Shown piece after piece: positions 26,689 through 39,414 of a stretch of 64,000 nucleotides of DNA; the first letter of the stretch is position 1; each line of letters starts with the position of its first letter. Position numbers and translations under genes: made by a program. Origin of the DNA: the human T2T-CHM13v2.0 reference genome, Homo sapiens. Under the pieces are notes generated by a model. It did no database searches. It was not told the origin of the DNA and saw only the letters and a list, made by a program, of their open reading frames with translations. The stretch is taken from the NCBI RefSeq assembly GCF_009914755.1, contig NC_060945.1; one strand, given 5' to 3'.

Positions 26689-28364
26689 ATCTTCTTATCT
26701 CATTTGCATGCCTGTCTGAGACCAAAATGAAGTGTTTTCAAAGAGTATCTTCTCTGTTGTTTATATTCTACTTCTTCCAGGTGACCTTTCCCTTATTCTA
26801 ACACCTTGTTTCTATGTTCCTGATCTGATGTTCTCAAAATTACTACCTTGCTTTTGGCTACCTATACCAATTTAGACCATAAAGCATTTGTTGCTACTAA
26901 GGTTTTTCTTGTGCATCTTATCTGCCAGTCTCCCAACATGGTCTACTGCCTGCCTTCCTTGCCACAGTTGTCTGTGGCCTTCCAAGATGACATTGAATTG
27001 ATTCGATGAGTTCTTGAGAATATAGACTAGGATTTTTGAGGCCTCCATTTCCATTTTCTTCTCACCAATAGCGTGCCACTGGACAGGTTACCTAAAAACC
27101 CTTCAACTCACTTAGTTCAGTCATGGAATAGAGAAAAGTATCTTCATAGATGGTTAGGAGGGGCACGTGTAAAAAGGCTTTGTCTGCTCACAAATGAGAA
27201 GTTTTGATTTAAGACAACAGCAGAAGTCTATTACTCTAAGAGTAATAGTGAAAATGACACCCTTCCTATTTACTCTGGGAAAAAGTTATGGGCAGTAGGG
27301 GGTGGTACCAATTGTTTACTAAAATCTGAGAGAAAGCATTCTTCAGGAAAAGGGGACTTGATTGTCTTTTCAAATTAAACAGAGAGTTCATCCATCAATG
27401 TTTCGTACCTTCCCAGCTAGCAAATTTCTTTCTTGGTATAAATGTATTAGGAAAGATAATTGCCAATTTACAAAAAGAAATGATAGTTCTTAAAGAGATA
27501 TTGCATATGCTTGGGCATAACTTAATGAACCATTCTTCTGAATCAGTTACATTCACACAGTACTAATCAAACCCCAGCCAAATTACTTTGATTTTACTTT
27601 CTCCAAAATCTATTTTGGGTAGAAAGTTAATTTATATCTATCTCATGAACCTCAAATTTAGTCTTCTTGTATATTTTAATTAGATAAATACTTTATTCAT
27701 ATCCCCTCTCTTCTTCCCACAACCTCCCTTTTTATTCCTCCCATTTTCATTAATATGGCTTTCCTTCCAAAAGGGTTTGATGTTTCCATATGTTCATTAG
27801 CATCTTGTCCAGAAGAAAGAACAAGACATGGAGGAAGAGTCTTTATTTGTGAGCTTGCTGTTCTCTCTTGAATACGCAAAGCTCTTTCTACTGATATATT
27901 TGGGAAGAAAAATATTCTAAGTATAAAGGAGAATCTGAGCACAGTTATGTTCTTTGGTTGGTAGATCTCATTTGCAAGAGGTTTTTACTGGACTCAGATT
28001 AGAGCCTTCAGATGGAATAATTCAAGGGTAGAATTTCAAAGCAGATACTACCCCCAATTTTATGCAACTAAAGGTGTCATTTTGGAGATTCCTATTTTTT
28101 GTGGACCAGAAACCCAGTTTATTGATTCAATCAATGATAGGTGCTGTGGAAGTTTTCAGATGTTTTCAGATGTCCTTCAGAGAGGTTTATGGATTTAAAA
28201 CAATATCAGATAAACTAAGTTCTGGATGATATTTAAAAAAATGCCAGGAGTCCTGTGATAACCTATTCTTCTCAGTATGTTTCTTATGTCAATTGCTTTT
28301 TATTTCAGACAAAACCCAAGTTTTTCTATTTGTTTTTTATATGCCAATATGTAAGATAATATGA

Positions 28365-28590
28365 TGATAATAATAGCTCCCACTTTTTGAATGCCTACTG
28401 TGTGTCAGATGCTAAGTGCTTGCCTCTTTTTACTTTTATATCAACTTGACAAGTTTTATAGATGGGAAATCTAAAGATCAAAGAGGTTAAATAACTTGTC
28501 TAAGATCTCAGAAGTCATAAAAAATGGAAATGAAATTTGAACCCATGCCCGAATCCAAATTCCTTGTTTCTTCCTCTATACCAGACTATT
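28365..28590 (-). mobile_element. MIR relic
   Basis: 'ttttatagatgggaaatctaaagatcaaagaggttaaataacttgtctaagatc...atttgaaccca'. Confidence 0.65.
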
Positions 28591-28704
28591 TCCATATTAT
28601 GTTTCTTACTGTGTGATGAAAGCCAATGTATAAAATACCAACGTCAACAGTTTTCCAAATATGTCACTTATTTTAGCAAACAGTTATTTGTCAGAGTCAG
28701 CTAG

Positions 28705-29057
28705 TGTATTAGTCTGTTCTCAAGCTGCTAATAAAAACATACCTGAGACTGGGTAATTTATAAAGAAAAGATGTTTAATTGAGCCACAGTTTCACATGGC
28801 TAGGGAGGCCTCAGGAAACTTACAATCATGGCAGAGGGAGAAGCAAACACATCCTTCTTCACATGGTGGCAGGAGAGAGAATGAGAGCCAAGTGAAGGGG
28901 GAAGCCCCTTATAAAACCATCACTCACTATCAGGAGAACAGTATGAGGGAAACCGCCCCGATGATTCAATTATCTCCACCTGGTCTCTGCCTCGACACAT
29001 GGGGATTATGACAATTCAAGATGAAATTCTAGGTGGGGACATAGCCAAGCCATATCA
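28705..29057 (-). mobile_element. THE1C/THE1D-like MaLR solo LTR
   Basis: tgtattagtctgttctc...gggaggcctcaggaaacttacaatcatggcaga...agccatatca; TSD-like gcta(g/a). Confidence 0.9.
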
Positions 29058-30746
29058 GCTAACTTCACTGACCTTTTGTATATATATATATGGTCAAATG
29101 GAAGGTGTTTCACCCACTCACCTGTTATCCCATTCCCCGCTCCCACCTTCCACTGATGGGTGAAGCAAATCCTGATGTTGGTTAAAAAGGCCAAAAACTT
29201 AGGCAAAGCTTTCTATAATTAACTCTCATTTATTCATTCTGTGACATGTCTTTGAGCCACAAGACAATTCTCCCCTTTCTGAAGGAGTAAACCTTTTCAG
29301 TTTACTATTAATTTAATATTTTTTAAAATATTTGCATGCCACATGCTTGATATCTATCCAAGCATAAATCATTAGATATTTTGTAAAAGATATTGGCATC
29401 TTCTTCTTTCCATTCCATTAGTGGCATTGATAAATAATGTTTGCTATTGATAGAGTCAAAGGAAATATTTCAGGAAGGAGCAACACTTGTAAACACAATC
29501 GTCTATCTGGAATGCTCATGATAACCACAGGAATTGTAATATTGCATGTTTCCAAACTAAAATATCCAGAGAGCTTTTCTACCTTTCTCGCTTCATTTCC
29601 CACCTCGTCATAAATTTTCAACTAATATTGGGGAAATTAGTCACAAATCCCAAATTAGTATTTGTAATTATCATCAAAATAGTAAGATAATAGGGAAATC
29701 GCATCAGTTTCCAGACAGCCAGAAGATTTTTTAACCACTAATTTACTGAATATTTAACATGCCAAGCTTAGTGACAGAATTGGAGCTGCAAATATATATG
29801 ATTAAAGAAGAACTAAATAAATTAACATATTTTGAAAGATTTGGGAAGTGATAAATAATCGGTGATACATAATTGAACAGTATGCAGACATTAAAACTGA
29901 TGGTTTCAAAGACATGAAATAATGAAAGGAAGCAGAAGGCACTCATATGTATAGTAGGATTACTGAATCATCAAATAAAAAGAGAAAAACAGCTAGATCC
30001 TAGAAAAACTTGCAATGAGTAAAGCCAAAATTATACTAATTTTTAATAAGTAATAGAATTATAGGTGATTTTATTTCTCTTCCTTACATGTAGCAGCTTT
30101 CTAAAAACATTGCAAATAGAGGATGGTTGAACTTCTGGAGGAATGGACAGAATGCTAGACAAGAGGATGAGATAAATGCCCTAACCTTGCCTAAGGAATT
30201 TAGCAAGACATCACAACACAGTTGAGCTAAAATGTAAGGATAGGTTTGTCAGGCAAGTTGTGGCAAGGAGGGCATTCCAGACACGGAAAAATGAAAGCAC
30301 CTGGTAATTTCCATGGCAATGGCAGCGTGTCCTGTACTTGGCCTAAGCATATCAAGACTGAAATATCTGAAGCATTATTAGCTCATAATCACAGTAAGTT
30401 TCTTCACAAGGGGGCCTTAAATAAGCAAATAGGAATTGATGTGAGAGCAAAAAGAACTGCTTGAGATGGTACAACAATATGTGAAATTGATTTCAAGTAA
30501 TTTTGACAATACCATTATGCTTCAATGCTATAATTGCCTATTGCCCACCTAATGGGACATTCTTAGGTTATTTGTCCTTCATCCTATGCAACTTGCAGTG
30601 ATTGTAATGAAAGATGGCCATAAGGTAAGGATGAAGAGAGATGTCAGGCTCGTGATACTCTGCCCTTCAGTCAATAATGCTAGCAGAGGCTCTTTAATGA
30701 GAAGGGGAGTGACAGACTCAGGTTTATTTCTATAAGAAAATAATTT

Positions 30747-31028
30747 AGCTGGGCGTGGTGGCCCACCCCTGTAATTCCAACACTGTGGGAGGCTGAGGTG
30801 GGTAGATCACTTTAGTCCAGGAGTTCAACACCAGCCTGAGCAATATGGCAAGACCCTGTTTCTACAAAAAATACAAATGATTAGCTGGACATAGTGGTGT
30901 GCGTCCTGAGTAGCCCTAGCTACTCAGGAAGTTGTGGTGGGAAGATCACCTGAGCCCAGGAGGTCGAGGCTTCAGTGAGCCAGGATTGCACCACTGCATT
31001 CCAGCCTGGGCAACAGAGTGAAAGTCTG
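30747..31028 (+). mobile_element. AluJ with tail converted to (CA)n and GA-rich simple repeat
   Basis: J-type 'tgagcccaggaggtcgaggct'; followed by CA and GGAA repeats up to ~31150. Confidence 0.9.
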
Positions 31029-31049
31029 ACACATACATGCACATGCATG

Positions 31050-31081
<32 letters not shown>

Positions 31082-31150
31082 CACACACATGCACAGAAGA
31101 AGAAAAGAAGGAAAGAAGGAAGAAAAGAAGGAAGAAAGGAAGGAAGGAAG
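31029..31150. repeat. (CA)n plus (GAA/GGAA)n simple repeats
   Basis: Directly visible. Confidence 0.9.
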
Positions 31151-33299
31151 GGATTCTTGTAGATTCAGGAGGATCATCTGGAAGGGGAGACAAGCTAGGG
31201 GCAGGAAGGACAGAGGGAGGACTGTTAGAATGGTTTGGGGCAATAAGAGAAAAAGAAGAGGCAATAATTGTTAGAAGTTGCCAAGATAAAGTCTCCTTTG
31301 TTAAATTACTCACTAACTCTACGACCTTGGGTAAGCTTCTTTGCCTCCATTTCTTTACCTGTAAATTGAGTCATCGACCTTCTTCAAAATACCATTGTGA
31401 GAATTAACACAGGAGAAAGCATTTTATAAGGTTTTAAACCCTACAAAATCCCAAGGCTTTATCAGCTCTACTTCATTAATGTTATTAGCAGTAATAATAT
31501 TAGTATTCCTATTGCAACATCCTCACAAGGCACACATTTTGAAAACATAACCAAAGACAGACAAGAAAATCAAGTAAGAATTTCTGCTTATAGTAAGAAC
31601 ATTTCTAAGAATATGGTTTGGAGTTATATGGATGTATTTCATAATGCAAGATTTCAGTACTTCTCTAAAATAAGATATGAAGATTACAGCTTTCATTTGA
31701 AAATAAGAAGTAAAAATGAATCATTGGCTTCTATCACCTACTCTTATGGTATTGGGAAATCACCAAATAAAATGTTTATTTTCAAAAATGTATATTTTAT
31801 CTGGCTAACAGTAGTGTTACTACAGCTTGAATGGGTGGAATATTTCTCAAGGATATTTTTTTAGTTGGGGTTTCTTCTTCATGATCCTTTGAATAAAGGA
31901 GAGGAATCTTTTGTTGTTTTCATGAGTTTTTTTTGCAAAATTCTCATTTCTTTTAAATCCAATTTAAAGAAAAAATACTTAGACTAAAATTCCTTATGTA
32001 TAATATTAAATACAAATAAAACTAAGAATAAATATTTTAAATTTGTAACATAACTACAACCATGAAACCAAGTAAAATTCCAAGAATTATCAAGCAAAAA
32101 CAATTTAAATATTCAAATTAATAATTCAATGTGATCAATGATACTGAGTTTGATGACAGAATGATATAGCCTTCGATCTGGTTTTACGTTTGATCTGTTT
32201 ATGTATATTTTCACGAATCCTACTAATGTAAGAATTGCCTCTTACATTTATATACTATATAAAGCAGAATTGTTAAGACAGTTAGCTCAGAATAATCACA
32301 ATTTACCCAACAAGCAGTCTTCAAGTGCCAATCTAAGACGTGAAAAACGAAAAAGACTATTTGTTTGCTTAACGTTTCAGTTAGCATCGTGGCTTTGTTG
32401 AAATCAACATTAAATAATTTTTATTTTATTGATTGCTAAAATTGAAAGTAGCAAATTTCTTTATTGCATATTTAGTGCTCACTTACCTTCGCTGAATTAT
32501 TGTAGGTCAGTATTAGAAACATCTCCATAAAGCAGCATTTGCCACATGAATGTGGTACAGATGTACTGATTGACTCAAGACTTATCTATTTCAACTACTC
32601 AGAAACCTTGATTGTGCAGTCACTTGGCATCCACTTTGCACAAACATTATCATCACCATAGACTCGGGCGTTGATGTGACTGAGAGATCCATTATAAGAC
32701 TGGCATCTACACGATGCAGAATTCAAAGAAAGCTATTTTGGACACTCAAGATGCTATCTACAGACCTCAATCTGAGATCTTGTCATCATCTGAAGCAAAT
32801 TCTAATTTGTGTTTATTGATGAGAAAAGCATTCCAAATTACAGTTCCCTTTAAAGGAATTATAAGATCTATAAGACATTATAAGATTTTTGTAAGATCTT
32901 TATAAGATCTTATAGAAATTTTTAACTATAAGATCAAAATTACAGCTAAGACAACAGAAAAACAATATGATTGAGATTTATTGCCTTAGAAAAAGGAACA
33001 CAGTTAATTAACCCAGACTTAACCTGAGTAAGAGCTCTGGTGAACAGACAATATGCAATTTAGAGAATATAGACAAAACTGACATGTTGATCAGTCTCTA
33101 ACAACGTTTGCAATCTAAGCAGGAAAGAAGCTGAAGTGAGGTTAAAGTACAGGTTTAAAAAGTATGCACACATATATTTTGTTAACTGTCCTCATTTGTT
33201 CAGAGCCAAACAGGCTGTTAGGGAGAAAACTACAAAAGAAGGGAAACACGAAAGCACTTATCTTCAACAGAAAATAAGTCAATCCCTGAGAATTATTTC

Positions 33300-33600
33300 G
33301 TGATTTACACAGAACAATGCAGGCATATAGATACATGTTCCCTTTAATGTCGGGTCTTCGCAAAAGCTGTGTGTTTATACTGCCACAAAAGTGACGGTAG
33401 CCATGCCACATTAATCACGTTTTGTTTACCAGCTAAATCCTAATGGCCTTTGAGAAATGGCTCAGTAAGAGCAGGCTCTCCTTAGGGCCACCTCTAATCA
33501 AGTGATTAGACTGATTGGGAAAATGGCATGACCCATCAAATAAACCCTTGGTATCACGTGTTTGTTTTTTAATCACTCATTGCCAACACGAGATTATTAT
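33300..33600. promoter_or_regulatory. Candidate enhancer (homeodomain/FOX/E-box/CCAAT motif cluster)
   Basis: Non-repetitive and CpG-retaining. TCTAATCA-ag-TGATTAGA inverted repeat (33493-33510), adjacent CTGATTGG, TGTTTAC (~33423), CACGTG (~33555) and further TAATC sites. Confidence 0.4.
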
Positions 33601-33892
33601 TTTTCAATTGTACATTTTTCCCTATGATTATGTCTGTCAAGGACTAAGATACATGACATTTATTCTTCTATAAATTTGTTACCATGAATATGACATTTAC
33701 TCTTCTGTGAATTTGTTATTTCTAAGATATCGTGTCTTAGGCTTGCTTAAATCAATATAAAAAACATCAACTCTTATGTCTGAGGTGATTGTTTTCCCAG
33801 TATGTCTTTTAATTTTACTTGTAGTTTTTTGAGTGATTTTTGGTAGTAATAACTTTTTGTTTTGTGTTAGAAAGTTATCTGAATCCAAATAC

Positions 33893-33893
<1 letters not shown>

Positions 33894-33963
<70 letters not shown>

Positions 33964-33982
33964 GAGAGAGACAGAGAGAGAG
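33894..33982. repeat. (CA)n(GA)n compound microsatellite
   Basis: Directly visible. Confidence 0.95.
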
Positions 33983-34692
33983 AAACCGTTTTTATAACTA
34001 TTCTAAAGCTTTTTTTTAACTTTGTATTTTAAAGTGTTTTTTTTTTAACTTTAACTTTTCAATTCATCTGAATTTTCCATTGAGAGAGGTGCAGATCCAC
34101 ACTGTTTTAACATCTCTCTCTTCTACCTTGGAACATCTTGACCTCCAAGTCTACTATCAAATGCATTGTTTCCACAAGAGCTCACAATTAGCTCCTGGCT
34201 TATTTCAGCTGATAATGATGTCAACTTTTTGAGCTTTCATTTTTTTAACAGGATATTAGAAAACCAAAATCCTTTCAGACCTAAAAGACTGGGCATTTAA
34301 CAAGGAATGTATTTAGATTACAAAAGATAATTAAATATCTCCATATTTTTGGAATGGAGCGTCTACCTAGAAATCCTAAAATCTTACTGGCTAGATCTCA
34401 GCCAACTTGTAAACAAGTGATTTTTTTTTTTCTCACATGGACTTTCTGAAAATACATATTTTAAAATCTCCTACATATAAAATGTTAGCATATTTGGAGC
34501 CTACTCACAATCTTAACTGATGTCAAACATTAGATATTTGTAAATGTCAAAGGCCCTATAGGTGGCCCACCGAAGTAGAAAGTGGGGCAACCTGTTTTGC
34601 TTGTTTTAATGCATTCTTGAAATCCACCACTTTGGTTAAGATCTATAGATAGCCTGTTGGTTGGAAGTACTGGGTTATTTCTAGTTTCCTCA

Positions 34693-34694
<2 letters not shown>

Positions 34695-34726
<32 letters not shown>
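34695..34726. repeat. (GT)n microsatellite
   Basis: Directly visible. Confidence 0.95.
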
Positions 34727-34728
<2 letters not shown>

Positions 34729-35051
34729 TGAGGAAGCTATCCAACTTTATTCATTGGATCAGGTATTTGATTCTGGTCTGTTTACTTATAACCAAAGCAC
34801 TACGCAGTAAACTTAAACTATCACAGGATCTTTGAATTTGACTCTTCCTGAAAATCTGGAGTTTTTACAGTGGGGTAGAGTTTCAGAATATTTCCATTCA
34901 TCTCTTATATGTATATAACACACGACTAGAAACTGAAGTGACTATAGAACAAATTAATTTGAATACTATCCAGCCTTGGAGGAAAATTTCTAAATATTTG
35001 TATGTAGTAGGTCTAAGAAGTATGAATAATGGCAATGAGAAAAACCTTTCA

Positions 35052-35366
<315 letters not shown>

Positions 35367-35654
35367 TTAGTTCTTTTACCTAACTTAATACTTAAGACTT
35401 CAGATTAAACAGTAATTTTATTTGAAAATGCAGGTAGAAATCAAATGGAAAAAAAATTACCAAAATAAGAAAACCTGTCCATACTTAGATGAAACTGTGC
35501 GCCAATTCTGCAGTATGCCTGGGTGACAGAGTACACAATCATTATGCATTTAAATTCATCTAGTCTGTATGGAAAATCGCCCTGAGTATAACTGACTATA
35601 ACTATAACCTTGACCAATTCAACTGAATGCCATTTTGTTAAATAAAATATGAGG

Positions 35655-36870
<1,216 letters not shown>

Positions 36871-38831
36871 GAAATATTAGAGGCTTTTAAATGCCTGTGT
36901 TTCCATGGAGACCTGGTTGTTTATCTTGATGACTCATGTAGAAAACTGTTTGGCATACAGTATTCCTGTTTTATAGAGTGAAATGGTAACGTTTGTGCTA
37001 TTTCTGCTCCTTCCAAAATATAAATGGATTTTACAATTACTCAGGAATTACAAATTACTGAAATCATCTGAGAAGGCATCTGTGAGCAGGTTTGAGTTTC
37101 ACAGTCTGAAAATGCCTATCATAGTCAACTATCTCATGACTAGTAATTATAGTTTTAGTCTTCAAAATGTTTACTTCTACTTCAAAACTTTTCCATGCAA
37201 TGTGGGAATTTCACACAGTCATGAAATGTCTTTATTACATGTTTCCAAGAGCTTGTTCCATGCCCAATATGATGATTCTCTTAAAATCATTATAAACAGA
37301 TTTTTCTCATTAAAATTACATATTCTTTGTTACAAAGACTGAAATCAAGCAAATATCGAAGATGACCCCCAGATATTTGGGTATTGTTAAAAGCAGAATT
37401 AGAACATGGTTATCTTTGTCCATTTTCTACTAATAGTAATGATAGCCACTATTTGTTGTGTACTTATGTGGGTACATGCACATTTATACTGTCTAACATT
37501 TTTATTCCTATATACAATAATTTATCAAGTCAGATTATGAGTATTTCAACTTACAGGATTCATTCTGTGATGATGTTCACATGTTCACAGCCTCTGGAGT
37601 AAATTTCCTCTGTATTTAAAACCCATCTCTATTTCCAGGCAATCAAATAGATCAAATTAGCACATGACTCTGGAGAGAAAATTATCCATGAATGTGGTGT
37701 TCCTGGTAACAGAGAGTTTTCTGTTACTTTGCTCTTAAAAAAAAAAATGGAAAAGTCTCTCGACTTCTTGGTTTGAGAGCTGCTAGTGCAGTGTACATGT
37801 ATAACAAAATAAGGTAAATGTTCTACTCTAAGGAAGGCCAAAAAGAGCTGGAAATGTGTATTATATGTTCAAATTAAGAAGTCAAGGAAGAGGGTGAATA
37901 ATCCAATCATTATGCTGAGTGAATAAATCATCATAAAATATAAATACTGTAGTATAAAGTATAAATCCAGACCAAATCACCAGTTTGGTCCGGGTACTTC
38001 TCCTTTCTTGTTACTCTGGGGGGTGAGTCTTTGGGTAATTGTTGCTGTTGTCTAACATTTCTCATTGCCCTTTGACTTCAGAATGCTATAGAGTTGCTGT
38101 CTGTGTAACAAGTCTAGTTTAACATTGGAAATATGTGTTCTTCATTTTGGTTTTATACAATCTCTGCAATCTTATCACTGATGCATATTTTTACAAGAAT
38201 GTAAATGGCTCTGAGCAATGTTCAGGATACTCAGAGTGTCTTGACACACATAGAGGTTTTTAAGTACAGAGCATTGGTGATATGCACTTGGCATATCAAA
38301 AACTCAGGAAATCACCAAATGGGATTCTCAAGGACAATTACCAATACTGACTCCTTCACCTCCCCTGAAAACACCTAACTACTTATGGGGTGTGTGTTAC
38401 TTAAATGATGGGAAAAGAAACAATCTAGAAGGGAGTCATTAAAGAAGTTGAATGGTGAGGAGGACCTTGGCCTAGTTGAGATTTACAGAAACTTACTTCT
38501 TTGAGATGAGCTTAAAATATAGAACCCCATGTTGCCACAATGCTGGCATGTCTCATGGGATCATAGTCTCCTTAGCCAAGATTGGCCTTTGTTTTCACAG
38601 AACAGTTATGACTACCCTAGGGGGAAGACAATAATACTGGTAATAAAACTGATTAAATTATATGAACAAAAGAAACCTGCTTTAGAAATATACTTATTTT
38701 AACATGTTTTAAATGGTATGCTTCTTGTAAAATATTCTAACATTAAGCTTTTTGTTTTTTCTTCAGTACACATCCATAGATACCACAACAAAAGTTATTA
38801 CAGTAGGGCTGAGTTTCCATGTTTTGGAGTT

Positions 38832-39203
38832 TGTATTATTCCATTCTCACACTGCTATAAATAACCACCTGAGACTGGGTAATCTATGAGGAAAAGAGAA
38901 TTAATTGACTCACAGTTCCATAGGCTGTACAGGAAGCATGGCTGGGAGGCCTCAGGAAACTTACAATTTTGGCAGAAGGGTGAAGGGGAAGCAAGCATGT
39001 CTTAACATGGTGGCAGGAGAGAGAGCTAAGGGGGAAGTGCCACACACTTTTAAACCATCAAATCTCATAAGAACTCAGTCACTATCACGTGAACAGCAAG
39101 GGGGAAATCCGAGCCCATGATCCAATCCCCAAGTCTCTCTGCCAACATTGGGAATTACATTTAACATGAGATTTGGGTGGAGACACAGAGCTAAACCATG
39201 TCA
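38832..39203 (-). mobile_element. MSTA-like MaLR solo LTR
   Basis: tgtattattccattctcacactgctataa...ggctgtacaggaagcatgg...aaaccatgtca. Confidence 0.88.
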
Positions 39204-39414
39204 CAGTTCTTATTCAATTCAGAATCATATGGACCTTTAAAATCCTTAAGCCCAATTTCACACTCAGTGTGGAAATGCCTTCTAAAGCATACTCTACAAA
39301 TGTGATGGCAACTTGGCTTGAATATTCACAAAGATAGAGCATGAAAACACATGGTAAATAAGCAAAATGTATAGTCATTGTCAGCCGACATGTTTTTTCT
39401 TGTTATACTGATCT

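Noticed and set aside
38278-38298. Short 7-8 bp inverted repeats (tgatatgc/gcatatca; also ~11075, ~22470, ~28121, ~37350, ~47610)
   Set aside because: Expected by chance in 64 kb.
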